DNA of 64,000 nt, taken from assembly GCF_009914755.1 (NCBI RefSeq), contig NC_060939.1, one strand, 5' to 3'. Positions 15,262-35,508 of this stretch are shown here, piece after piece. Position 1 is the first letter of the stretch; each line of letters begins with the position of its first letter. The stretch comes from the human T2T-CHM13v2.0 reference genome, Homo sapiens. Made by a program: the position numbers and the translations under genes. The notes beneath the pieces are model-generated. The model saw only the letters and a program-made list of their open reading frames with translations, made no database searches and was not told where the DNA came from.

Positions 15262-16104
15262 TCTCCCACCTCAGGAGTGGAGACTCTAACTGCTGTTAGG
15301 GAGGTAGGGCGATAATCTCTCTGGCTACTTTCTGCTGGAGGTGGGGGTTGTGTGGGGGACAGCAGCCAGGGTTCCTTCTGGGGCTTATCTAAGGGTCCTC
15401 AGAAGAAAGGTGTGTCTATGTGTGGTTTCATTTGCATCACCATTTGGAGTTTGATAACCTCTAGGCGAGAAAAAACAATGTGGGTTATTAGAAGACATAT
15501 ATCAAAACAAGACAAGGGGGTAAGAAAAGCTCAAAACTCCCAAAGCTGACAATGTGCCCAGATAACTGGCAGCTATAGTTACGCCTGCCAAGATTTGGGT
15601 GCATGGGACTTGGCTTTGGTTAGCTCCCTTGGTCTTATTTTCCCAAACAAGGAAACCTCTGAGTTATGGGCTGCCCATTCATTCCCATCATCTGGCAGGA
15701 TTTGCAGGATAATTGCTCAGAATTAAAATATTGATCCAGATTTTTTATATTACTGATCTCTTTTGTTTCTTCTGAGTTGCAGCCAGAGATCGCTGATTGG
15801 TTCACAGGAATAAGCATGGTTAGTCTAAAATGTAGGCTAAGTTTTTAAGTAAAAACTTAAAACTAATGAGATTAGAATTTAATGGACAAATGTATGATAA
15901 GTTTTGAAGCATATTTTTCTCTTGCCAGTCCTCACTTTTGTCAAAAACAAATCACAGTAAGACTGAGTTGTTTGCAAAATAAACTTTAGTCTTATACTTG
16001 GCCTGATTATTTGCATAAAGTACAGCAAGAATAATTATTTCTACATAGGCTTTTAAAATTGGCTTTGATGAAACTCTGTTTTGCGAGGAACTTCAGATAG
16101 GACT

Positions 16105-16472
<368 letters not shown>

Positions 16473-19400
16473 TGAGGTCAAAAGAACATGGAGCCTGTTA
16501 GAAAGTGACATTCTTTACTCACCACAGTTTAGGAATCCTGTACAGGGACTGTGTAGACAAGATATGAAGCCAGTTTTCCCAAGGGGCATTTATTGGCTCT
16601 GCAACTCCAGCTTGATTTTTTAAAGGGAAGCATACTGTTCCAGTCAAAGCCTTGGTAAAACAACTAGTTTCTCCAGTTGTGTCCTGTTGTAAAAGAAGAT
16701 GGATTCTTACTGCGCTGATGGAAACAACTATATTGCCATAAATCAAGAATACTCACAAATAGTTTCCAAAGTCTAGAGAAACTGGCAGAAAGAAACAAAC
16801 ATACTCCAAATTTTGTTCACAGGAGTATACATTACTGAATTGTTAAAAGCTGTAGATAGCTCAAAAGAAAAATTCCCTTGACTCTGAAAAACAAGGATTA
16901 GCAATGTTTTAAGCAGAAAGTTAAAAAGGATTAGTTCAGTTTTCTATTAGTTCAGTCCATTCCATTAATACTTGCTCTGCATGATATTCATGAACATTTC
17001 AGTTCTTCATGAGTCCTATACATTTTTCCTCTATTCCAATGTCACAATCTCCAAGGTTATCAGAAACCTGCATTTGAGAGCACCTATCAAAGTCCTATAG
17101 CTGATTATAAACTATCTTTTGAAGATGATTAAAACAAGACAACAATTGTCTGTGAATGACAAAATATCCAGGGTAGCTACAGTTAAAAACACAATTGACA
17201 AAGAAATTTGGTTATCTCTGTGGTTTACAATAATTTACACAATAACCTTAATTATGATTGATAGCAAATACTCAGACATTAGAATTTTAGATATTCTATA
17301 CAATTTTGGAACATAATGTTATTCACTAAAATATAACCTAAAGAAGATTAAACATGACTTTGGCAATCCCACGTAACTAAACATGTCAAATACTCCTGTT
17401 TACCTCTCTTTTGGATGCTCCAGGGGCCCGCTATAATACCCAAAAGCTTGGGATTAGAAAAGACAACCTTGAAACTGAAGTTTGATTTGGGGGAGCCTGT
17501 TAAATATGTTAGCGGTTCAAAGCACTTGATATTATGAAGTACAATTACGGATTACTATAAACTATTTATTTTAGCCAAAGTCATGACCAAAACATTTTAA
17601 AACAAGGCAAAAACCTTCACTCATTAAGAGGGAGGACTTAGCTTCCAAACAATCTGTCTTTAATGTTACATGAAAATCCTGTGCAAGAGGAGAAAGCCAA
17701 ATTTCACCCTTGCGTTAGTCTACTATTAATGTCAACCCCAACTTTTTTAATGAAACCTTAGAGATAATTCTATCAAATCTTACCCAGTTTGATCATGAGG
17801 TGAGATTCTTGTAAACCTTTTATAACTCTCTACAAATTTTTGTTAAGGAGCAGATCAGTGCCTCGAGAAAGCCTTGTTGTGCTTTTATTTCAATGCTCAA
17901 TTTACGTAAAAAACATAGAATACCCTTCTGAATTTAGTCAATATATTCAGACACAGAATTTCCTTTGCAAGATTAATTTTTATAATGCTTCCACAACTTG
18001 CTCAAACCTTCAGCTTTATCTTAACCTAATTCAAAACAACCCTTAATTTCTAGGCAAAATTTACATTTCCATGTCTTCTTATAATCTTTTACCAAAACAC
18101 ATTTTACTTTCCTTACACACCTTGCATGTAAATCTATTTTCAGTAGTCTCTAATTTCCTCTGGGAGGAAAGTGGCTGGGCTTAGGCAATTAAGTGGACTG
18201 TAGATCCTTCCAGCAGCAAAGCCTGATATGTGAGGAAGCAATTGTCTGTTAGCCAGAGACTCCAATGTAGCTGGATGCAGAACAGGTGCCTCAAACATAA
18301 GGATTGAATGGCTGTTCTCCCTGTGATGGGGATGGGGACAGCACTGAGGCTAAAAGTTGTCTCTCAAGGGTGGCTTCCTCTTGACTATTGAAGGTGGAAT
18401 TTTGCTGTTTACAGATGGGGCATGGAGCCTGGTCCCTAATAGAGGGATGTAGGAGGGAGAGAAATTGGGGAACTAGAGGCCTTGGACAAAGGGCCAATAG
18501 TGCCCTCCACAGAGAAAAATCCCATTTCACTAGGTGGCATGGTAGGGACTGAAATGTTAGGTAAAAACTCTGACTCTAAATTTTTTCCAGGCAGAGGTTA
18601 GAAAGAGGTTTGGGGTTTGATAGTCTACCCCCACAGTATGCCTCTTAGCAAAAGAAAATTGTCTCACAGAGTAACTGTTCAAATTCATTGGGCAGACAGA
18701 GTCTCAGCCTTGCCACTGCTGCCCCCACCACCCAGAGACTGCTGAGCCCCTGTCTATCCACCGCCACCACCCACTTCAGACACTGAACATCCAGTCATGG
18801 ATAAAAATGAGCTGGTTCAGAAGGCCAAACTGGCTGAGCAGGCTGAGCGATATGATAACATGGCAGCCTGCATGAAGTCTGTAACTGAGCAAGGAGCTGA
18901 ATTATCCAATGAGGAGAGGAATCTTCTCTCAGTTGCTTATAAAAATGTTGTAGGTCATCTTGGGGGGTCATCTCAAGTATTGAACAAAAGACAGAAGGTG
19001 CTGAGATAGAACAGCAGTTGGCTCGAGAATACAGAGAGAAAATTGAGACAGAGCTAAGAGATACTGTCTCTTTTGGAAAAGTTCTTGATCCCTAGTGCTT
19101 CACAAGCAGAGAGCAAAGTCTTCTATTTGAAAATGAAAGGCAAGTACTACTGTTACTTGCCTGAGGTTGCCGCTGATGATGACAAGTAAGGGATTGTCAA
19201 TCAGTCACAACAAGCATACCAAGAAGCCTTTGAAACCAGCAAAAAGGAAATACATCCAACACATCCTATCAGACTGGGTCTGGCCCTTAACTTCTCTGTG
19301 TTCTCTTATGAGATTCTGAACTCCCCAGAGAAAGCCTGCTGTCTTCCAAAGACAGCTTTTGATGGAGCCATTGCTGAACTTGATACATTAAGGGAAGAGT

Positions 19401-19639
19401 CATACAAAGACAAAACACTAATAATGCAATTACTGAGAGACAACTTGACGTTGTGGACATCAGATACCTAAGGAGACAAAGCTGAAGCAGGAGAAGGAGG
19501 GGAAAATTAACCAGACTTCCAACTTTTTTCTGCCTCATTCTAAAATTTACACAGTAGACCATTTGTCATCCATGCTGTCCCACAAATAGTTTTTGTTTAC
19601 AATTTATGACAGGCTTATGTTACTTCTATTTGAATTTCT

Positions 19640-22666
<3,027 letters not shown>

Positions 22667-23519
22667 TAGGGAGTTACCTGTTTTCATTTTAAGTGGCCAT
22701 TATGGGGATGTGGAATTTTTATACAAGTTATAAATGTTTGGCATAGTACTTTTGGTACATTGTGGCTTCACAGGGCCAGTGTTCCATATCTAAGCAAAGA
22801 AACTTCCATATTTAAGCAAAGAAAACTGCCTATGTATTGGTTTGTCCTGCTGGGGAGTAAAAGGGATCATTGGTTCCAGTCACAGGTGTAGTAATTGTGG
22901 GTACTTTAAGGTTTGGAGCACTTACAAGGCTGTGGTAGAAACAATTATCCCATGGATCCCACGTGTTAAACCATGCATATCTGTGGAATACTCAATCTCA
23001 ATGCGCACACCTTTGACTACAGCTGCAGAAGTGTTCCTTTAGACAGTCGTAACCCATTTTACTCTGGATAAGGGCAGAAACAGTTCACATTCCATTATTT
23101 GTAAAGTTACCTGCTGTTAGCTTTCATTAATTTTGCTACATTCATTTTATTTGTATTTAAATGTTTTAGACAACTGAGGAACAAATGTGAAAGTAAAGAT
23201 GCAGTAAAACTGAATTGGCTGATATTCATTACTTATGTATATCAAGCACAGCAGTAAAACAAAAACCCATGTATTTAACCTTTTTTTAGGTTTTTTGCTT
23301 TTGTGATTTTTAGGTTTTTTGCTTTTGTGATTTTTTTTTGATACATGCCTAACATGCATGTGCTGTAAAATAGTTAACAGGGAAACAACTTGAGATGATG
23401 GCTAGGTTTGTTTAATGTCTTATGAAATTTTCATGAACAATCCAAGCATAATTGTTAAGAACATGTGTATTAAATTCATCTAAGTAGAATAAAAGTTTTA
23501 TGAATAGAAAGAAAGATTT

Positions 23520-23948
<429 letters not shown>

Positions 23949-24595
23949 TTACTAGGTGAAAATTTAGACTGAAATCTTGAATTCTCCCTGTTTCTAGGAA
24001 ATCACAAAAACAGCAATTCTTTGAGTTACTTTCCTGGTTACTAAGGCACTGGCTGATTCTATCCAACAAAATTATATTCCCAGGTTCTAAAAACACCTTC
24101 AGCATAGCATACAAAGAAGGGATAGGAGACATGATAGTCACAAAGGAGAGAATGGAAGAAAATGTGATAGGAAAGACTGGAAGTCCTGGTGCCGACACCG
24201 TGATGGGCTGTCAGGAACTGGAGTTAGTTCGGGGTCCTTCAGATAACACTGAGGTGTAGCCTCAACCAGAAACCTTCAGTTGTCCCAGGACCTCCTTCCA
24301 ACCCTATGTGATGGCTAGGTCTTCCATGAATGGAAACTGGATTGGAACACAGCTGACATTCCCAGCACCCAAGGGCGATGGGGGATTGACAAAATACTCT
24401 CCAGCAAGCCTGTCCTCTGAGTCTTACAGATCTGGTGGCTGCACTAACCACTCTTAACTGACCAACAGAGGCCTGGTATTTGTTTGATTTTGAGAGAAAA
24501 AAAAAAAAACTATGGATAAGAAACTGCAGAAAGTAAAGTACTGGGGGGCTGCTCCTACTCACCCTTCTGACATATCCCAGATGACCCCCTACAGG

Positions 24596-25236
24596 TGAAG
24601 CAGTCTAGGGTCAGTGTAGCAGTCTCTTTGTCTGAGGTGTTATCCAGAGTTCTTTGTCTCATTACCAAGAAAATTAAGGAGCATGGACACCAAGGGTGAG
24701 GTTGGAGTGAAAGTTTAATAAGTGAAAGAGGAAAGCTCTCAGCAGCAGAGCAGGAGACCTGAAAGAGGGTTGTTGTTTTACAGTTAAATACGAAGGTTTT
24801 TATAAGAAACTTCCCTTATCTGTCTAGGTGTTGTGTAACTTACCTTTTCTCTGTAGCTACCTGTGTAGCTTCCCTTATTTGTGCAGCTGCAAGCATGTAT
24901 TAGGCAAGCACAGAGTGCAGCTTCTCTTGCCTGAGCAACTACGGGCATGTTTTAAGCAAGCCTCCACCCCACCCCATGCAAGTTCTCATGGAGCCCACTG
25001 TGTACATGCCCAAAAAGGGGAGGAAACTTTTTCCTGGGAGTGCACTGATTACACAGAGAACCAAGGCATTTCTATGTTGGGCCTCACTCCCTTATCTGTG
25101 CCTGTAGCTTGATTTTTCCAAGCTGCTCTTTATGTGCCTGCAGCTTGATTTTTTCCAGACTGCTGTTTTGTTTGAAAGAATTTCACCGAGGACCTGCCCT
25201 AACTGTCTGCCTGCTTTTTTTCTTTCTCCTTCCTCA
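24596..25236 (-). mobile_element. MER61-family 5' LTR
   Basis: TG...CA termini; TATAAAA at 24804-24798; ATTAAA at 24719-24714. Confidence 0.8.
24943..24963. promoter_or_regulatory. p53 response element (perfect consensus, 1-bp spacer) in the MER61 LTR
   Basis: GGGCATGTTT-T-AAGCAAGCCT; both halves match RRRCWWGYYY. Binding is not shown. Confidence 0.6.
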
Positions 25237-25395
25237 CTTGGGAGGCTGAGGCAGGAGGACCACCTGAACTTGGGGAGGTTGAGGCTACAGTGAGCTGTGA
25301 TTGCATCACTGTACTCCAGCCTGGGTGACAGAGTGAGATCCTGTCTCAAAAAACAAACAAAAAAACCAAAGAAACATGCACAAAAAAAAAACCCC
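25237..25395 (+). mobile_element. AluJ, 3' part (continues 14446-14641)
   Basis: CTTGggaggctgagg...ctgtctc followed by an A-tail. Confidence 0.85.
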
Positions 25396-25404
25396 AAAAA
25401 ACCA

Positions 25405-26380
<976 letters not shown>

Positions 26381-26885
26381 AATAACAATTAGAGAGCAGT
26401 TCTCAGGCTGGGTTTCCAAGCAGGTGTAGTGAGGCATAGAATAGAAATATAATAGAGCTGGCTGTTCAGAAGCCTCAAGTATTACTCTCTACTGTACCAG
26501 AGTCCTCTGCAGGTCATTGGCCTTTGCAGTTCTACTACCAGGAATCAGTTGACTCCTAATTATTGTCTAAAAATGACCAGACTGGACATAAAACATGCTG
26601 TAATTATAGCTCTTGTCTTTGTAAAGGTTTTGCTTTCTATCTTCCAAACAGATGAAGAAAAAATGCCCGCAAACTCCATGTATTAGCTACCCCTTTTCCA
26701 GCAGTGTGAGATGGGAATATACTTGGCTTGCCTTAGCTGGGAAGTGGCTGTGGAGATAGAGGGGTGGCTTGGCTTGTTGCAGGAGCTGGAAAAAGGGCAG
26801 GCCACACTGGGCTGTGGAGGAGGGGGCTGGTCCTTTTCCCCCAGAGTGACTCTGTGCTTCATCCCAAGTTTCCTCACTTGCCTAG

Positions 26886-27293
<408 letters not shown>

Positions 27294-27603
27294 TAGCTTG
27301 GTGCTGTTTCCTGTGGTTATTTCTTTATTCTTTTCAGCTCATAATTCCAAACATGAGGCATCACCTGGACAGGCTACTCTTCTTGGTGGCATTGAGAGAG
27401 GGTAGCCTCCCTAGGAATAAGACTGACTCACAGTGGTTGGTTTTAGTCTTTCAGTTTCAGTTTCCCTTACTTAGAGCAACAATAGAAAATTATTGCTGAA
27501 ATCACTCACCCTCTGCAGACATCCTGGAGGGAATTCCTGTGGTTCATCCTCTGTTATTAGTTTCCACTGCAACCACCAGAAACGTCATAACAACAATGAC
27601 CTC

Positions 27604-28039
<436 letters not shown>

Positions 28040-28765
28040 TCACTTTTCTCTGATTCAGTTTCATTTAATCGCCAAAATATTAAATAAGGTGATGCATGGA
28101 GAGTCATAATTATTATTACTATGTGCCTGCCCTTGTGCTAATAAGTGGTTTGCATGCTTCAATTTATTTAATCTCCACAAGAATAATGGTGAGGTGGGCA
28201 CCGTTATTGGGTTAACCAAGGCAGAAGGAAGCTCATTGACTTGGGCACAGAGCACAACCAAGAGTCAAACTGGGGTCTCTGTGAGTCTCAAGCTCCTGCC
28301 CTGTGCCCACTCCCCTACCCTACTCCAATTCTCACCCCTGAAATTGTGAAGTTGAGTCTGGAGGAAGCAAAGTGCCTCCCTTTCTGCGTGGCCCCCCATG
28401 GCCCCAGCCGTGGAGCTCTAGGGTGCCGAAGTGCCGCTTTCCCCCTGACCCAACCCAGATGCATTCTTCCCCCACCGCAGCCTGGCCCCAGTGGTGGTTT
28501 TCAGCCAGGATGGGGCTTGTCCGGTGGAGGCCAGGTGCCAGTCACAGGAGCAGTCTGACAGATCTGAGTTTTTCTAGGGCCCACTGGGAGCCTTGAGAGG
28601 AGTCACAGGCCAGAGACCTTGTGATGGGTTTAAGTCAACACCTGAACCTGCTCTAGAAGTAAGCAGGTTACATGTGCAGAGTACACCTTTCAGCAAGTGG
28701 TTCCTGAATGGGCCCATCTTTCTGGGGCCCTTTCCAAGTCAAGACACCAAACGAAAGTTTCATGG

Positions 28766-28985
28766 AAGGCAGAAGAGCATAGTGGTGAAGCCCACTGGTC
28801 TCTGCCAATTACAACTGTGTGACCTTGGGCAAGTCACTTAAATTTTGTAACCTCAATATCCTCGCCTGTAAAATAGAAATAGTAATGGTACCTCCCTCAC
28901 AGAATTACTGATGAGATCCAATGAGAAAAGCATATCAAGTCTCCAGCATGAGGTCTGGCACATAGTAAATGCTCAGTAAATGGTA
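28766..28985 (+). mobile_element. MIR
   Basis: Core tgtgtgaccttgggcaagtcacttaa...ctgtaaaat...ctggcacatagtaaatgctc. Confidence 0.7.
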
Positions 28986-30954
28986 CCAAGCTATGCCATA
29001 GTCATGGCCTAGTGGTCTGGGCATGGAGGTGCAGGAGTAGGCCTGAAAGAGAGCCTTGTGCTGGTGGTTTATAGGGAATGATGGGGCTCTGGCTGGCAGT
29101 GGCAGTGGCAGTGGGGGTGCTGAGGAAGGTCTCTGGGGAGTCCTACAGCCCTGCCTTTCTTCTCCTCCCAGGGGGCTTTCTGCCTGTGTCCCCAGTTCTT
29201 CCCTAGACCCAAGCCCTCCTCTCTGATGTCTTTTTAGGATTCCCATACTACCACAGCCTCTTTATTTTTGTATCTATTTTCTTTCTATTTTCCTGCTTCT
29301 CCTTGGCTTCTTGATCATCTGTTACCCAATTTGGACTGTTCCCTGAACCCCATTGTAAAAACTACCAAGTTGCCTCATCACTCTCTGGTGTTTATAAAGC
29401 ATGAAAGGTTGGGGCTGGGAAGAAACTTGGAGTCTTCTCATCCTCGTTCTCCATCAACCCCCACTGGACAAGATTGGGGAGGGTGGAGTCAGTGGTTTTC
29501 CCAAGGTCAGTGGCAGCGGGGCTGGCCTCCAGGACTCCTTGTACATGCTTCTGCCTCCACACCAGGTGGCTTTCCAACATGGTTGGCTGTGTTGGGTGCA
29601 GGCGGATGAGGCAGCATCTGCTTAATCAGTAGAGTATTCTTCCTGATAACAATCTTCCCTCATCACCTTCCCCAATCCCATCTCTCCTCGATGTAGTTTC
29701 CACGCAAGCCACCCTCTGCATAGAGCCCTTATAAGTTCCTCAGGAGGCCCAGATGTGGAAGGGCAGGCGTGTCTAGGAACCTGTGGAGTCCCTGAGAGAG
29801 TTTAGGAATCTTCACGATTTCATTTTCACCTTTTTCCTATTATATAGAAGGGATACTTCTAGGGGGAGTAGAAGGAGTGTGACCGCAGTCAGAGCAGGAG
29901 AGTGGATTGGAGTAGGGGAAGTGATGGGAAAGAAGCCGAGGGGAAGGGATAAGGGGGTGGTGGGTGGCAGCTGGGCCTCCATTGGCCTGGTGAGTAGTTC
30001 TGTCAAGGATCAGGGACAGTGACAGGAGGACTCCGAGTTATTCTGTTGAAGATTGGAGACAGTGTTGAAAGGATCATGGGGATGAGCACATGGTTTGGCT
30101 GTCACATTTATTTCTTTTTGGAACTTGAGGGTTTTCCTGTTCCTGTGTGTGGAGATTTGGGGTGCTGGGTAAATCCTGGGCAGTGAGGAACTAGCAGAAA
30201 TTGGATATTAATATTAGCTACACAGCTGCTCATACCAGGATGGAGCTGATATGGGACAGGCAGAGGATGTGGAATCAGGACACCTTGGTTAAGTCTGGCC
30301 TTCATTCCCTAGCTTCATAACCTTGGCAATTCTCTTAATGTCAGTGAGTTTCAGTTTCCTCTTCTGTAAACTAAGGGTTTTCTAAAAAAGCCTGCCCTAC
30401 CTGCCTAACATGGTTTTCATGAGGATTAAATGAGATAATGGATGAGCGTGCTTCCTAATCTGTAAAGCTTTATGCAAATATTTGCTATCGTCATCAGCTG
30501 TATTATTGATAGGGTCAAGATACCAGTGGAAGTGAAAACCTAGAACCCAGAGTGAAGGTGACACTGCATTTAATCAGCTTTGTGGAACAGGTCCTTTTTT
30601 CTTCTTGACTGGTCCTGGGTCAGCAGGGCAGCCACTGTCCTCAGATGTGGTTCTTCTGGAATGTATAATATGGGAGGCGACTATCAGAGTGATGCCCATT
30701 GCTAAATCACTGTTCTACAAAACTGGTGATAGTCAGGATTGTTTGCTAAAGTGAAACTAAAAAGGCTGTAAGTTTGAGAAGCAGATGAGATGCTGGAACG
30801 TGGCCATGTTAACTCCTTGTTAAATAAACTTTTCATTTATTAATGATAACCACCATACCGTAGCTTGGATAGCACATTAAAGAAAACATAATGTGTTCAT
30901 TTCACTGAATTGATTTATCCAAAGAAAACCATGTTGCCTTCTTCAGATGGGGAC

Positions 30955-31200
30955 ATTGTGGCATGGGTTCTGTGATGAGAACATATCTGTCTTCTAATTT
31001 GAACCCTTTGGGCCCCTCACTAGCTTTGGATGGTTGGGGCAAGTCATTTAACCCACCACGCCTGTTTCCTCATCTGTAAAATGGGAATGATAGTACCTAC
31101 CACAGAACTATTCCAGGGATTTACGTGAGTTAATGTATATAAATTGCTTAGCACATTGCTCTGCACATAAATAAATGCTCGATAAATGCTAGCTATGGTT
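30955..31200 (+). mobile_element. MIR
   Basis: gggcaagtcatttaacc...tttcctcatctgtaaaatggg core. Confidence 0.65.
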
Positions 31201-31252
31201 GTTATTACAGTGACATTGGGCATATATAAGACTATTGTTAGCATTGTAGTTA

Positions 31253-31946
<694 letters not shown>

Positions 31947-31988
31947 AAGACCCCATCTCAAAACAAACAAACAAAAAGAATGAATCTG

Positions 31989-32402
<414 letters not shown>

Positions 32403-33091
32403 TCACTGCAACCTCCACCTTAGAGAAATATTTTTGATAGTAAAGGGAAGGGCAACTCTTGGAACTTTCAAATTATACCAGCAAAGTGATGGCCTAGTCC
32501 CATCTATGAATAAGGTAGACCCTGCTCCCGGCCAGTGGGAGGAGTGAGCAGTGGTCTGCTCCCACACCACTGTGAGCCAGCAATCTGCCTGCAGTAGGGC
32601 TGTAGCTAGCTGCCTTCTCTCATCCCCTGTTTCAAGCCATCTGGAACAGGCCCTAGCAGCCTTAGAACAAATCATTCTGGTGACCCAGACAGTACGCTCA
32701 CGCTCCTTGTGGGTGTGATCTGGTGTTCCTCATACTTGTTTGTGATTTTCTTTGGCTGGCCAAATAAGTGATCACATGGCTTCCTAAGAGGGGTGATGGA
32801 TGTAGAATAGACTTGCCACAATGGGCTAGCAGACTGCGGGACTCAGGTGACAGATTCTTATAAAAATCTGCATGGATCCAGTACCTTTTTACCATAGAAA
32901 AGGAAAATAAGTCACACATACCACACACATGCATGCCTTGCCCCCAACACACACACACAGAAATTCACCTGCAATCCCGTCACCGATTAGCCCAAGAGAA
33001 CCACTGTTAATATTTGGGTATAGAATCTTTTAGTTAGTTAGTTTTTTTCTGAGACCATGCTAAATACGCTTCCTTTACCTACTCTTTTTTA

Positions 33092-33386
<295 letters not shown>

Positions 33387-34199
33387 TACTGTGAACATTT
33401 TTCCATGTCAATAGATAAAGAGTTATGGCGTAATTTTTAGTAGCCATGTAGTTTTTAAATCATGCTTTGTTGGACATTTCAGGTATTATTTTTCAGTATT
33501 TTGTTTTCTGAGGGAGCTCACAAAATTGTTCTCGGGGTTGTGTACAAAAAGTAAACCCCCAAAGATAGTCTGCATTGCTTTCATTCCGTGGGTCTGATTT
33601 TTATATTAAAACCATAGTGTCACATAGCATGCAGATACCATGGGGAAGCAGGTGTCTCAGGCAAATCCTTGGATACCTGAGTATCCTGGGGCTATCTGGG
33701 CACCAGGGCCAACCCAGGGAGCCAGCTCACTTAAGAACCCTCTCCAGGTGGTCCTCAGAGGGCACCTAAAAGGAATATGTCTCTCTCTGGGGGAGGTGTG
33801 ATGGGTTCTCACGAAGGTAGGGGCAAAGAAAGACCAGGAAAACAAGTCCAGACCTTCTGAGATTTCTTATTTTCTGAATAAGTTTGTGTTTCCTTGAATC
33901 CTGTGGTTCTTTGACATTATCTCCACTAGTGCCCAGGAGTAAGTGGGAAAATTTTAGCTCTGAGGTTTGAGAGGATTAAATAGAACCCAGCACTAGGAGC
34001 GTATTTTATGTAGAGAATAATTCTTCATGGATTTATTCACTTCTGCATTCAACAAACAGCCGCTAAGGTCTTATCATGCCAGGCACTGGGATAGATGCTA
34101 GAGACACACAAAAGATATGGTTCCTATCCATGGCCTGGACAAGTGGGAGAGCAGATGTTTAATATTTCACGAACATATTCCATCTTCTGCTTTGTTTAG

Positions 34200-34265
34200 G
34201 GCCAATCGGGATGGTCACTTTGCTCGTGGCCAAAGCAATGGGAGCAGCTCAAGTAGTGGTGACTG
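34200..34265 (+). CDS. SORD: SORD exon 6 (GPIGMVTLLVAKAMGAAQVVVT)
   Basis: gtttag|GGCCAA...GACTG|gtaaga; 66 nt; completes the Rossmann GxGxxG motif. Confidence 0.96.
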
Positions 34266-34530
34266 GTAAGACTTTGTTCTTTATCAATCTCCTTGACTGG
34301 GAAACAGCGGGTCCTACTGTATGTGCATGTGTGAGGAGAGGTTATCTGTGACAGTGTGGAGGGGGTGAGTGTGTAGTGTCATATGGATTGTGGAAATATA
34401 GAAGAGTTTGAGTGTGTGTTTTGTGTTAGGAGAAGCTATCAGAGAGAGAGAGAGTTTGTGTGAGAGAGTGTGTGTGTGTGTGTCTGTGTGTAGCTGTATG
34501 GTGGATATGGGGGTATATGAGGGTGTAGAG

Positions 34531-34739
34531 CAGGGGTGTCCAATCTTTTGGCTTCCTTGGGCCACATTGGAAGAATGGTCTTGGGCCCCACATAAAATAC
34601 CCTAACACTAATGATAGCTGATGAACTTTACAAAACTGTTTTTTAATTTCATAATATTTTTAGAGAGTTTACAGATTTGTGTTGGGCCATATTCAAAGCC
34701 ATCCTGGGCTGCATGTGGGCTGCAGGTTGGACAAGCTTG
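34531..34739 (+). mobile_element. MER30 hAT-Charlie DNA transposon
   Basis: caggggtgtccaatc...ggttggacaagcttg termini; 8-bp flanks gtgtagag/gtgtgaag. Confidence 0.8.
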
Positions 34740-34839
34740 GTGTGAAGAGTATGTGTGTTGGGCTCAACACCACCACCCATTGCACGAGAGCTTTGTTGCC
34801 ATCAGATCTTACATCTCCATTTTCTTTTCTTTCTAATGA

Positions 34840-35508
<669 letters not shown>

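Noticed and set aside
18797-19009. Functional 14-3-3 gene
   Set aside because: Frameshift after codon 53, premature stops, no introns, and TSD-flanked.
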